This document shows, in pieces, positions 14,801 to 27,366 of a stretch of DNA of 64,000 bases (positions are counted from its first letter, which is position 1; each line of letters opens with the position of its first letter). The notes beneath the pieces are model-generated. The model was not told the DNA's origin, did not search any database, and saw nothing but the letters and a program-made list of their open reading frames with translations. The DNA comes from Balanoglossus misakiensis. Taxonomy: Eukaryota; Animalia; Hemichordata. Where the stretch lies: the NCBI GenBank assembly GCA_040954595.2, contig CM082588.2, positions 5,592,202 through 5,656,201 on the forward strand. The letters are read 5' to 3'. A program made the translations under genes and the position numbers.

Positions 14801-17311
14801 TTAAAAGCAGATGGAATTTTTTAAATGAAAGTTGGAATAGTGAAGTTAAAAGGCTTTCAATGTCATGTTTTGACTTGAGATATTTTCTTGAAATATCCAC
14901 TGAAGTGTGTTTAATTCCATCGTCCTTGTTTGTTGCTGTCTTACAGTTTCCAGGAGAATACTCCGCAAACCAAGAAAATACCAAAGTCTCCCAGCAATAT
15001 CTGGCCTGCCCAGCTACATTCCAAAACCAGGGACCAGTTTCTACGAGTTGACGACATTAGCTCCACCGCTGCCGACAGTGATGTCAGGACGAAGTCAGTC
15101 AGGTGAGAGTCTATCTTTCATCCCTATTTTATAGTGTCCCGGTCTGATTTTCTATTGAAAATAACTAATGGGTGGACTAGAGTATTGTGGTGAAGGGGTA
15201 AACCATATGGAAAACCGCAAAGTGTCTGTGAGCCCTGAGCTCAGCTTCTTCAATTTGACATTTGAGACGAACAGACGTCTCCAAGGTGAAACCCTACTAC
15301 TCTTATAGTGTCCATGTACAGTCAGATACCGATAAGGATTCTGATTAACTGTGTGAAGATGAATTTCTGAAGGCAGAGTTTTTAATTGCCTACTGTCGGC
15401 TGTGTGTCATTCTGATTTCAAGCAAGGAATGGTATCCATACTCAATTTGGAAACTCTTTTCTGTCTAATTGCTGTCAACAGGCCACACGATGCCAACCAA
15501 CGCCACGGCTACATTCACAGAGGTGGTCATGCCATCACGGAATATTTCATCTACACCGGAGTTCATCCTGCCCGCCGCGGTCCGAGGAAAACAACCGCTC
15601 GGACTGGCGTCTGATATCATGTCCACCTTGGGACACATCAAATGTAAGTATACAGAGAGTGGCGACAGAGCACGCATCAGCAAACTCTAAACTGTCCATT
15701 TCTGCCCACTACAGGAACAGTTTGTAAACTAAAATGAAGGGTGTCTATTTTGAAGATAATTGCAAATTTTCCCCAAATAGATTCTCAATCATAGAGCCTT
15801 TATGAAATTTGAGATCATTTTCCCATATACGTGTATTTGTAGCATATTATATGGTTTCATACTCACAACAGTTGTGGATAGGGCACCATCAAAGATTTTA
15901 CCACATACGTACATGTAACACACATCAGCTAGATCTTTGTTTATACATGTAATTGTTAATAAACAAGGCCAATATTTTCCACAACATTGACGTGAAACAA
16001 TAATATATTGACCATAATGAGAAAGTTATCTGTTGTGGAATATAAACATGTATAGATAATTCTGCAAACAAAAATATTTTTCATGACAAAAAATACCACA
16101 GTAGCACATATCATAGACTGGTTTAATAGCAGAAGTGTGCTCGTGATATGTTTTTGCCCACATGCCCACTTGAAGCTAATTCAATCTCGGTCTCCCAACG
16201 TATTTAGCCTATTCACCTCCTGGATCTCAAAATAGAAAAAAAAGCCTTTCACCACGAAAGAGCATGTAAGAATGCACCAAATAGTTTCCAGTAAATTGAG
16301 GTTAAGAGGTTACACTTAAAGTATTGGTATGTTTGCGTTACACCCTCAGTGGCAAATTCTGGTCTTGACTTTTGTTTCTCCCTGTCACATCACAGAATGT
16401 TGTTTGATTTTAATTTTTTCAGCACACAAGACGGAGGTTATCCTGTACATGGTGCTGGCAATGTGTCTTGGCATTATTCTGTTCTTTGCGGTTGTGATTA
16501 TTGATCTTAAAAGGAAAAATGCAAAATCCAGAAGGAGGGCAAAAAAACAGAAAGAAGGTAAATGACTGAAGAATAATTCTTATTGAAATTTTGGAGAACC
16601 TGTCTCAACAAACACTATAGTCTGAAGTTCAGTTTTCATTATTTTGTTACTGTGATTTCTAGAATTACGAAAATATCTTCTTGACAATATATTTCTGCTT
16701 TTTTCTCGTAAAAAGTTGTTTCGCTTCCAAAAAAGACTGATGAGGAAGAAGAGGACGACAACATGTCTCCACTAATGATGAATCACGTGCAGAACCGCAA
16801 CAACGAGGCGAGGTACGACTCCCTGCGTCGCGACTACATGCTGGACAACGACAGCGACAGCATGGAAATTCTGCAGTACAACAGCCGTGTGGACATGAGC
16901 ATCGGGAGCGGGAACACGCTGCCGACATCGCGGCATGTGAATAACAATTACGCCGCCAGGACGTTGCCCACGCTCAGAGAGTTGAATTCGTACTACAGCC
17001 ACGCCGCCCGTAAGCATGCGTACGCCAGGGGCGCGGGGGTGTACGGCACTCTGCCGAACGACGACGTGTACAGGAACTCTCACAGGACGTTCAGTCGAGA
17101 TTACCGGATGGACAGGTTGAGGAACAAAAACAGTAGTGATTCGTCGCACGACTCGGCGGCGACGGCTCGCGAGAATGATTCGGGGACGAATCGCGAGCGA
17201 AGCGGTAGCCAGCTTTCCTCGTCCACATTGCCAGCAATCAACTACAACTCGAGACCGTATGTGTACGTACAGCCTTGCAATGCCACAATAGAGTTTTCAA
17301 CAGAAATCTAG
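5801..17311 (+). CDS. EVA1C: Protein eva-1 homolog C-like (two SUEL/galactose-binding lectin domains, one TM segment, cytoplasmic tail); 5' partial
   Basis: Exons 5801-6015, 6602-6725, 8437-8583, 9257-9400, 14947-15102, 15482-15643, 16423-16557 and 16716-17311 join in frame with GT-AG junctions. SUEL motifs ACDGELLSLKCP..AQYGR..FGPDPCP..KYLEVTYKC and ACDNTELRLEC..SAMYGR..FGDPC..KYLDVVYTC; TM ILYMVLAMCLGIILFFAVVII. No signal-peptide exon found in the window. Confidence 0.9.
7228..7320. mobile_element. ~90-bp piggyBac-like MITE (TTAA-flanked, CCTTTCAC...GAAAGGG ends)
   Basis: ttaa-acctttcacc...gatgaaaggg-ttaa. The internal 'catagaaaacaatgggtttggactgaaccatgg' is nearly identical to the copy at 28464-28526. 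Confidence 0.7.
15113..15201. mobile_element. Diverged copy of the ~90-bp MITE
   Basis: tatctttcatccc...attgaaaataactaatgggtggactagagtattgtggtgaaggggtaa; same layout as 7228-7320. Confidence 0.45.
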
Positions 17312-18967
17312 CAAATGTGGAAAACCAAAGACAGTGCTGACAGACCGCCAGTGTCCAGAGCTATCAAAGTTCAGGAGCTACTGACATGCAGAGTCAAATC
17401 GGAAGACAGTTTTGTGCTGCCAGCTAGTAAAACCAGTGTCTCCATTCACCAGCTCCCATATCAGGTCCATACTGAGATCACTGTGAATTGTTGCTTGTCA
17501 CAGTGAATTGCCTGAATTTCAAATCAAGTTTCCCTGCTTGAGAGCATTTTGAGTTTTGGCAATAACTTGCCAACACATAAATTTAACCCGACTACCTCAG
17601 AAATTTCAATGGAGAAAGTAAAGAATTATAAAACTTAATTAATAGATTTTTTGTATTTTTTGTCAAAGTTATACATTATGAACAGTTCTGACTGAGCCGA
17701 ACTGTACACATGGTTAAGTTTTGTCTAACCAACAGACTGTCAACACTGGTATTCAAATGTTTACTCGGTAGTAATGGTCACATGACCAACAACCCAGAAT
17801 GCATCAGCAACTACATTTTTAAAGTATGGAATTCTTCACATCTGCAAGTATTTTAACTACATAAAAAGGGTTCTTACTTTGTAATCGTGCTGTTTCAGGA
17901 ACTGCCATTTTTTGATGTTCTTTTACTTGTACGTAAGTCACCTGGGAAATGAAATCGGATCATAGTTGTGTTGGGTCCTGAACATATATTTACAGACACA
18001 TGAAGCTATGATTTATATACACACACAATATAGACACAGATTTTTGGGTACATATCTACATGTTGTATCAGACTACTCTGTATATCTGATTCTATAAGAC
18101 AAATATTATATTTGCATTTGTGTATGGCCATCACACGACTTGTTTTGCAGAACATTGTTTAAACAGGGTTCACTCAAAGGACAGAATTGTAGTGGGGTTG
18201 ACTTGACCTTCACCAGTGAGTCAGTGGCAGTGAGTGAGGGTCATCTCAGTTGTTTTCCCCAGGTAGAACCCAAATTAAATTTAGGAAAACAGATGAAAAG
18301 GGTCACTGTGACGTGTGTACCCCCCCCCCCCCCCCACCTATGATTGACTTCTGAGATGACCCTTATATATAGCACCCTCTAGAGAGCAGGTCTATCAATC
18401 ATACATTTCAGTGTATTTCAAACATATTTATGACAGGAATAATGGCTATTTATATTTAAATGATCAATCAGAATTATTGATACATTCAGATTCTCTGGAA
18501 GTATGTGTCCACCGACTGAAGTACCAAAATATTTCTAATATATACTGCAATATATGTAGTGTACCATTGTATTTCTCGCCTATTTCAGGTGAATTTCAAG
18601 TATTTATCAATTAAACATGAGGTATTATGTATATAGTATTTTTTAAAGAAAAATGTCAAAGTCCCTTTTAAAAATAAAATATATTGTCCTTACAACATGT
18701 TTATTTTTGTTGTTTATACGAAGTGGAGGATTTGATATCACTGTTGAGTACAAATTTAATCAACTGCACGCGCTTGTCACTGGTTTATCAAAAGAATTAT
18801 TTATTTACACAACAACAGAAATGTCCACAACTTACTCAGTCACACATGAAAACGATGTGTAATTTTTCACAATATAGGTTACAAAAGGAAAAAATAAAAT
18901 AAAATGAAAATAAAACGATGGAAAATGGCATCCCTTTGCAATGGAAATGTTGACCGTACATAGTGTC

Positions 18968-19260
18968 ACACAAAATTTTGAGAGCAGAACTGTACTGACA
19001 ATGGCTATAAAAATGTTGTGTAAGGAAAAAAATAAAACAAAGACAAAACAAAATCAAATAAACAAAAAGAAGAAACCTCTGGCAGACATATACTTGATCA
19101 AATTTCTATTGATGCCATGGCACAGAATTTTGAGACCATGCAGAAGCTGAACTGTACTGACAACGGCAATAAAAATGTCGGGTAAAGAAAAGAAAATAAA
19201 CAAATTAAAATAATAAGACAAAACAAAATCAAATTAACTAAAAAAAGAAACCTCTGACAA
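18968..19260. repeat. Imperfect ~150-bp tandem duplication between the EVA1 and CFAP298 3' ends
   Basis: Two copies of aattttgaga..gaactgtactgacaa(t/c)ggc.ataaaaatgt..agacaaaacaaaatcaaat..agaaacctctg at about 18968-19088 and 19121-19260. Confidence 0.8.
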
Positions 19261-19889
19261 ACAAACAAATTCCTATTATTTTATCAATAATACTGCATAA
19301 TGTGACTACAGCTGATTTAAATTTCTACTCAAACAGAGAAAAACATTTATAATATCAAAATTAAATTGTCTCTCACACCATTCTCTCTGTATTGGCCCAA
19401 CCAGTTTTACAAGCTGGTTGAGCCTCAAACAGATTTTGCATATTATTTACCATATTACAATTTACCTAGATACTGACATCACATAAGAATCAACCAAAGA
19501 TATTTGTATAGATTTGATTGTAGTCTGTATATACACCTTGGGAATTCAGAAACCAATTCTGAATGCACTTGGAAACATAGCACATACTTCCCCAACATTA
19601 CAGTCATTGCAGATTTGAGTATTTCCTTGAAGAGTTGTCTCAAGTTTTCTGATTTCTGGTTTCAGTCATCGATGGTTCAAAGGCTGATTCCTTCACATTG
19701 TATCACCCACATACACATAACCCCAAATTATTGTAGGATCTCCGCAACAGACCAAACCACCCCTGCATACAGTACATGTATATGTCATGGGACAATCCAG
19801 TTGCTCTCTATGAAACAGCCTGGGACCATTCCATTCCGCATGGAGGTGAGTGCAAAGGGATGAATAAGCCACACCTACTGTTTTTACTT

Positions 19890-21593
19890 TTACTTTCCGC
19901 CACCAAATTTGATGTTTTGGATGCCATGAAACTGCCTCTTCAAAGCCCCCGGGTCTGCCCAGGTTGAGTCCATATACGCGTCTTCACTGTCTGTGTTCAA
20001 TTTCTACAACAAAACAAACAATACTAATGTTGTTAATGACCTGAAAAGGGAGATTATAATGTGTTTCATTGCATTTTGTCATGCCTTCAAGCAAGGAGGG
20101 GAGTAATCCTGGCATCTACCCACCTTCCACTCTTCTTGTTTCCTGTATGCATGTGCCATCATTTGTTTGCGTTCATCTTCATTAAAGACTGGTTCTCTGG
20201 CAGGTGCACCACTTCCTCTCTACAAGCCAATAGAAACACACACTTCAGGGTTAGTAAAAAATATTTGCCGCCACTGTTTCAATTGTAGTCATTTGTTTAC
20301 ACTTAATTTGTCTTTATGAAACCAAAAGGCGGTGAATACACAAAATCCAACTAACCTTCTGTATCTTGGCAATAAGTTTCGTCTTTTCATTTCTACCCAC
20401 AAAATCACTCAATTTTTTCCCTCGCACCATTTCCTTGCCTGAAAACCACAGCGATGCTTCTGACTCGTCAATGACTTCTTTGGACGCCTGGAAATGTAAC
20501 AAGATATGTGATTGGTTGGAATACTGACGGCTGCAATGAACTGACCAATAGAAAGGCTTGGATCGGATGCTTGGATAGATATGTAACCAAAAATGTTTTA
20601 AATTTTGACTTACCTGAGTGCCGGTTAGATCTTCATTATTTTCAAACTCTAATCGGATGGGTTCGTGCGGCGGCAAATTCATTGGATAGACAATCATTGT
20701 AGCACCACGTAACTGATCTAAGGCATCCTTGATCATAGTGTTTGTCATCACAACATTGCGGGCAACTTGATCCTACAAGAAAAAGAATTTCCTCAAGATT
20801 TAGTCAAATGTTGATGACAGAAGTGTTACCAGGAATATATTGTGGACACCAAGACATGTATTTGGATTTTCATGTCACCAGACTATCATTCCCATTCGAC
20901 CTTACAAATCTTAGAAATCAGAACTCACTTTTGAGACGATTTTCTTGGCTTCACTAATGGTTTTTGTGATCACTTCTGCCATATTCTCATTTGGAGCTGA
21001 AACAAAACATGGTAAAGATTAGATGCTTGATCATTTGCAAACTTCTGGCACATAAATAAGACCCATTGCCCAGATAGTCTGAGGCCACATCCTTCAAACC
21101 ACAATCACACATTTCTTCATATCATTGAATAATCACACTGTATAGTCTATCATTACCTTTGCCATTGCGCCTGCCTATTGGATCTTTGTTGAAGACAGAA
21201 CCACCACTGGGTTCACACTTCTCTCCCCACTCGTCAACAAGTTTCAATTCCTCAATCTGTTCATCAGTGAGTCCCATCATGTTTGGTGGCAGTGTGGTCC
21301 CATGCTTGGCCATCTCCTCCATTTCTACAATTGTAAAGCAAAGCACCGCAACACTTTAAGTGTATGCCATCCTCTGTACATGGGTCCAGGTACAAAATTA
21401 TATATTGTTTGCAGAGTACTGGAAAATGTAAAGCTTGATTTGCTGTTTGCTTACCATAACATATTCTCTGTACTTTCAGCCTCCCATTGTAGATTTCAGT
21501 CACTTCCTTCAACACTTCATCCAGCGTTGCATTCACAGTATTCTCATAGAGAAACTGACTTTCATCTCCTCGCTTGATGTGTAGTTTCACCAT
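19890..21593 (-). CDS. CFAP298: Cilia- and flagella-associated protein 298 (C21orf59/Kurly)
   Basis: Exons 21455-21593, 21157-21324, 20929-20996, 20614-20772, 20356-20487, 20124-20219, 19890-20003. MVKLHIKRGDESQFL..GLTDEQIEELKLVDEW..KDPIGRRNG..LRGATMIVYPMNLPPHEPIR..GRNEKTKLIAKIQKRGSGAPAREP..WADPGALKRQFHG matches the family. Probable non-coding first exon ending at the donor near 21821. Confidence 0.95.
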
Positions 21594-21917
21594 CTTGTAT
21601 TTAGTCTGTAGGGTACTGCATTGGTGAAGAACTTACAATTACAATGGAGTACAAGTAACCATAGAGGTAGAAGCTCCTACCCCCTGGTGTATTAAACCAA
21701 CAGTGACAAGTTTCATTCATTGTGACAACTGTTCACATGATTATGACGGTCCTGTTCTTGTGGTATTTCAAGAAGAGAGTCGATTATGGTATGACCGGAC
21801 GTTCATGCAACATATACTCACCTAAGGACTGTATTCAATCTATTAATAAACCACCACAACACAAAATATGGGCCTACTTTCGGAAAGCACTCCTGCAGCA
21901 ACTTGCAGAATGTTGAC

Positions 21918-22350
21918 ACCGGAAGTTTCTAGAAGCAAAATGGCCGGGGTGAAAGGTCGGTTGTCATGTCAACCAGATAAATATTGGGAAATACGTGAGA
22001 AATATTAATATTTGACCCTTAAATGGATGACAGAAATTTCAGGAAAGGTAAGATGATACCTACTGATGAAAGATATTTGGTAAAAGTGGTTCAAATTATT
22101 GGTTTTCAGTCGCAGATTTGTTGCCAAAAGAGGGCGCGCGCAAGACTGTAACCTCGTTCCAGTCGGTACTATGGACATAAGCGGTATAATACCGTGATAT
22201 ATTGGTAGTATTTTGCAAATCGACAATTTTCGCGGATCAGTTTCATGTGTTTCATATTTTCATACATTAAACAGACAAAACCGTGTGAATAGCGGGAGAA
22301 ATCGATAAAGGCGGAATAAATGTATGGCGAAGAGAGTGTTGCATAGCAAC
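21918..22350. promoter_or_regulatory. Bidirectional CFAP298/SPATS1 promoter with two RFX X-boxes and an ETS site
   Basis: GTTGTCATGTCAAC at 21960-21973, GTTGCATAGCAAC at 22338-22350 and ACCGGAAGT at 21918-21926, between divergent genes. Confidence 0.65.
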
Positions 22351-22527
22351 CCGCGAAACGCTTCCACCGACCCATGTGACAGGACCAGCTCATTTGCATC
22401 TCACTGAAATGAACACAATCTGAAAAGTCCGATAGAAATAAACATCTAACATGGTGTAACTGTAAGATTGCAAGGAATATATACAAACTGATCTAATTCT
22501 GTCTTTGCAAATTAATTATTAGTGAAA

Positions 22528-25500
22528 ATGGCACTTCACGTCACGACGGAAATTGGAATACCCGGAAGGAAAGGTAAGATTTTATGACAGGATAGACACG
22601 TACGGTATATTGTTGTTGCAATGTAACGTGACCCAGTCACCTCCTAGTCAATAGGTGAAAATAAACAATTAAAGGCATTGGTCGTATGTCATATTGATAT
22701 TGACAAGCTAAAATAATTCTTCATTTAATCTAAAACTAATCACTAATTCTGTAAGTCTGCTGGTAATGATGATACTAGTTAGAGACCTTCAGCATAGACA
22801 CTTTGCTAGTGTAAAGGCCTTGGTGCAATCTTATCAAGACAACGCAATACACACGAATGCCCCAGGCATCATGCATGTCAAACAACGACTTACACACCTG
22901 TAAGCAGATATCACACAAAGATTGCAAGCTACGGAGTAAAAAAATCAATGTCCATCAGGGTTTTACATCACTTTTTACTTTTGGGAGTCCCTGGGACTCC
23001 TAGTGTTGAAAAATGGGGGTCCTACATCAAATCATGGGGGTCCCAATTTATTTCACCAGAATATTTTATCATTTTATCAATGCTGGAAATTAGAAAATCC
23101 TTCTGTGAATGGGCAACGGTTGTAAAAATCAATACCAATCCAAATCATAAAATGATATTGTCTACAAGATATAGGGAGTAATTCCAAGATCAACTGTAGT
23201 ATGGCTAGGGGTCCCATCTTGAACATCACCTTATGAGTGACCCTTTGACCTAAAGCATATAATATGGAGAATACCAGTACATGTACTCTCAACTTGGTCT
23301 TCTTAAAGTCTTATTCGAGAAATTTGCAGCTGAATCTATATTTAAAGTTTAAGTTCAGGGTTTTCAACAAAACTAAGACTGCTGGTACTCATGGACGGTT
23401 TCAGAGCAATAGGAGTCACGGTAGTTCACTGCTTGCACACAGCAAAGTGCGATATAGGCGTGATATCGCAGTGTAACTTATAATTCCCAAGAGGGTGACA
23501 GCGTGTGCGTAAACTGTATCAAATTCAACAATAAACCAAGTTTGCTACAAGTTTGCTATGAAACTGTTATCAGTATCGATTACAGGTCATAAGGTCATTA
23601 ACTGTTTAATTGACTCTCTGTGTAGATATCAGGAAACGCGCAACAAGGGTCTCAACAACAGACATATTTCATGCGTCCCAAGGGACGCATGGTTTAGTTT
23701 TTGACGGGTCCCACGCCCAGTTTTGTGCGTAAAGGACGCAGAAATGCGCGTCATGTAAAACCCTGGTCCATAAAAGTGTACATTTGTAACTGTACTTTAT
23801 TTCCTATTTTGCATGTAAAGATACACCAGATGGTAAGTTTACTGATCTTCCCAGAAAATATGTGTTCCATCATGATAATAAAATGTATTGATTGTATTGT
23901 AGTATCATCAGTATTTCAATTGTGTTCTGTTCTGTAATGTAAAATCATTCATTAGAATTAGATCAACATTTTTTTTTCATGGTTGCCTGACAAATAATTT
24001 TGTGGGAGGTTCAACTAAATTTGCTGAAAACACCAAAAATGGGGGGTCCATAATTTAGTTATAACTGCACTTTACACCCTCCTGATCATTTTACTCAGCA
24101 CCTTGTCATCACATTATTTAAAAAAACAAATGAACTTAAAAATGAAAGTACCGAGAACAGGAGAAAAACAACTATGCACTCTTAATTTGCACATACATGT
24201 GTTGAAAAATAACTGAGCATTTTATGTACAATACATCAGTGGGGGAAATCTGCATATTGTTAAACCATATGTATTAAAAGCTACAGCTAGCTATTGCCCC
24301 TTTAAATTAGGTGAAACAATACATACTTCCTGATTGTAGATTTCAATTTTTTGCTTATTTGTATATCTTAGAACGGGAAAGGCGACATTTTCCTGAGAAG
24401 AGAAGTGCAGAAGGCTCAAGTAGGACAGGAAGACTGTACATTCCACACGGACGTGGTGATCAGCCCGACTGGAAACCACACGGAAAACATTTAAAACCGC
24501 AATATACAGAGTAAGAATTTGTGATTTGTGTCTGACATGTAGATTGAAAAATATGACAGACGATACATTATTCTTATTCTCCCTCATTGCATATTACTCG
24601 CCAATGGTCATGCCCGATTGGACAGTGTGATTATGCTTTTTCCCTGTGTTTTCCCAGATTTGGACCGGACTGGAAGTCAAGACTGCGATACATTCCACCT
24701 CCGCAAGATCCAGATGCAAAATCGGTTAATCAGTTTCCTGGAATTAGATATTATCCATGTAAGTCTGTAAAAATTCTGGGCATTAAAATTTTTTCAATCA
24801 CGAAAATAAAATGGACAAATTTATGCATAATCACAACATTATGGGTAGCAGTACTTCATGTACTAAACCATTTCTTATTAGTTCTCGATCACAACATTGC
24901 TTCTCAGCTGTTATACAGGTTACAAATATTATGCAAAATACAAAAGCCATTGTGAGTGAAATACTAATATGATATATTTTGATTGCCATGTTTGATAATC
25001 TCATCCATTATCATTTCCACCACTGCATAATCTCGTGCAATCTCAGACAAAGACAGCACTGTGTGGAGTGGTAAGTTTTGCTGTTTTTACTGCAGTGTAA
25101 ATGTCACTGTAGGTTTTAAGAGCTAAGCTAACAGCATCATCCATGTTTATATATCCCTGTACCCGTATAGTCAACCTTGTAATACCCCCAGTGTACCAGT
25201 ACATGTGTAACCATGGTAACCTGACCCACTAATCTGTATCTCTCCTCGTTATGGGGCAGGAATCACCTGGACATTTACCCACTGAACACTTTACCCTAAT
25301 CATAGCCTTAACCCTGACTGTTGAGTGACAAATGTTTAATATAAATGTTTATGTTTATTATAAATTAATTTTAACCGTCAGTACCTTTGTATTAAATATT
25401 TGTACAATAAAAACTTGTATTTAAAATCGAGAGCACTTAACAGTAATGGCTGGGAAGGGTGGGTGTAAACATTTTCTGCACATTGAAAATGGTTTTTAAA

Positions 25501-26557
25501 TCGTGAAAAGGGAACTTTTTTGAAAAGTACTAGATTTGAAAAAATCTTGTATTCTCTGAAGAGCAATAATGAGAGTGTAGAATGTACATTTTTCCCCAAA
25601 CACTATAGATAACACGAAGCGGAGCGACCAGGAATGGAGTTTTTATCCGGAAGGTTTCCACACGGGAAGAAAATGCCGGTTCGAAGTTCAGGAAGTAGGA
25701 CGTGACATCCACTTATCATCCAGTGAATCCAGTACGGAAATTTCACATCGCACATTGTATGGAAAAAATAGGAAAAGTGAGTGGTGTACATTGTTTGAAA
25801 AATATCACCTAGTAAAGAAAGATTACATAGCCCAATTAGAGAGGAGTCTGTTCTCTTGGAAACATAGAACATTTTCTGAACATGAATTTGAGTCTGAAGT
25901 TTTGCAAATTTGCCGTACATAGTGGTGGACTTTCAATTATTATTATTCTTTTTTTCAGTCAACTCAGTATGGGAAACGCGTGGAGGAATACCCTGGGCAT
26001 CTCCTGGTGATAAAAGTTACCAAATCGTAGAATATTCACCAAATTTCCATCATTATGGATCAACCAGACCTGTTGTAAATTTTGGGTAAATTTTCATATA
26101 TTTTTTTTCAACCACTATTAACACAAAATGTATTCTTTCTATGGATGTTCACTTGACTATATACCCTAGCATTCAATAAATATTTAATTTCAATTTACAG
26201 GGGAACCGTCAGAATGAAACCAGACACTTTTGTACCACTTCAAGAATTGCCACCACTTGGGTAAGTTCAATGAATGAATGAATGAATGAATGAATGAATG
26301 AAGTGATGTACACTCATGACAGTTTGATGAAATCCATCATAGTCTCAAGTGCTAAAAACGTGAATCCACATCTCGCCATTTCAGTAACATTTCTCTCTTC
26401 TGTTTCCAGCGAAAGCTATTACCACAAAGAAAGGCAGCGCCAACACAATGAAGATGTCGGTTTAGTCCAAAATCTAGATGAATACCGTGCCTCTTCGCCC
26501 CTTCTACCACCCCCTTTGCCTGAAGATAGACGTCCCATACCAACTTCCTTCTACTAA
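22528..26557 (+). CDS. SPATS1: Spermatogenesis-associated serine-rich protein 1-like
   Basis: Exons 22528-22573, 24372-24510, 24658-24758, 25609-25776, 25959-26085, 26201-26260 and 26410-26557 are phase-compatible. EWSFYP..HTGRKC..RGGIPWASPGDKSY..NFHHYGSTRPVVNF..PDTFVPLQELP..KERQ..V.NLDEY resembles the conserved C-terminal domain of SPATS1. Confidence 0.8.
26269..26301. repeat. (GAAT)n microsatellite in the last SPATS1 intron
   Basis: aatgaatgaatg... directly visible. Confidence 0.9.
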
Positions 26558-27366
26558 AATCATTTACACAGAGAAATACATACCTAAAATTTTGTGATCT
26601 ATTAAACTTCTACAAATCATGGCAGAAATTTCTGATTGAAAGTACATTAAATGATCTTTGGTGCACGCCATTAAAATTAGGGAGGGATAACAGGGCATGC
26701 ACATTTACCTCACATAATTTTTCCAGTCTTAAAAAAATCTTGTGTGTATTTTGAGTACATTTTTATCCAAACTATAAAGATCTGTACAAATATTCTGAAA
26801 AATAGTATTACAAGGCATGTATAGAAATTTGTCAATATTTTATAAGCAAAATGTACATGTTTTAAAAGAAAGTAATGTCATTTTTGTGTGTATATTGTTT
26901 TATTGGAATAACATGTATATAAGTAGGGCTGAATGTTTTTTATGAAATAAAATTTACCAAAAAGAGATACTGTGTGCACAAAGGTTGAGGAGAATAAAAA
27001 CAATGTCAACGAAGAAAAAAATCAATCTTTCTGATTACATGTACATATTTTATTTGACATTTTAGCATCTGAAAGGTTTTGCTGCACTAGAGATAATAAA
27101 TACATTTCAACATTAGCAACTACATATACACCAAGACGCCAATGCTTGTCTATTGTGCTTATAAATCCAATTAAGGTAAGAGGTACCGCGAACTACTTAT
27201 TGTACATATGGGCCACCTTTCTTGTAAAAAGATTATATTTTAATGACTGGTGCACCAACATACGATGAAGCATCAAGTCAAAGATCTGTGGATGAGTGTC
27301 CCCGCAAACTTGCCTATTAAAATTACAAGAGTCACCTTTATTGGTCGAGACTGGCTCTCATCAAGT

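Noticed and set aside
16665-17149. Minus-strand ORFs of 87 and 125 aa
   Set aside because: Antisense shadows of the GC-rich last EVA1 exon.
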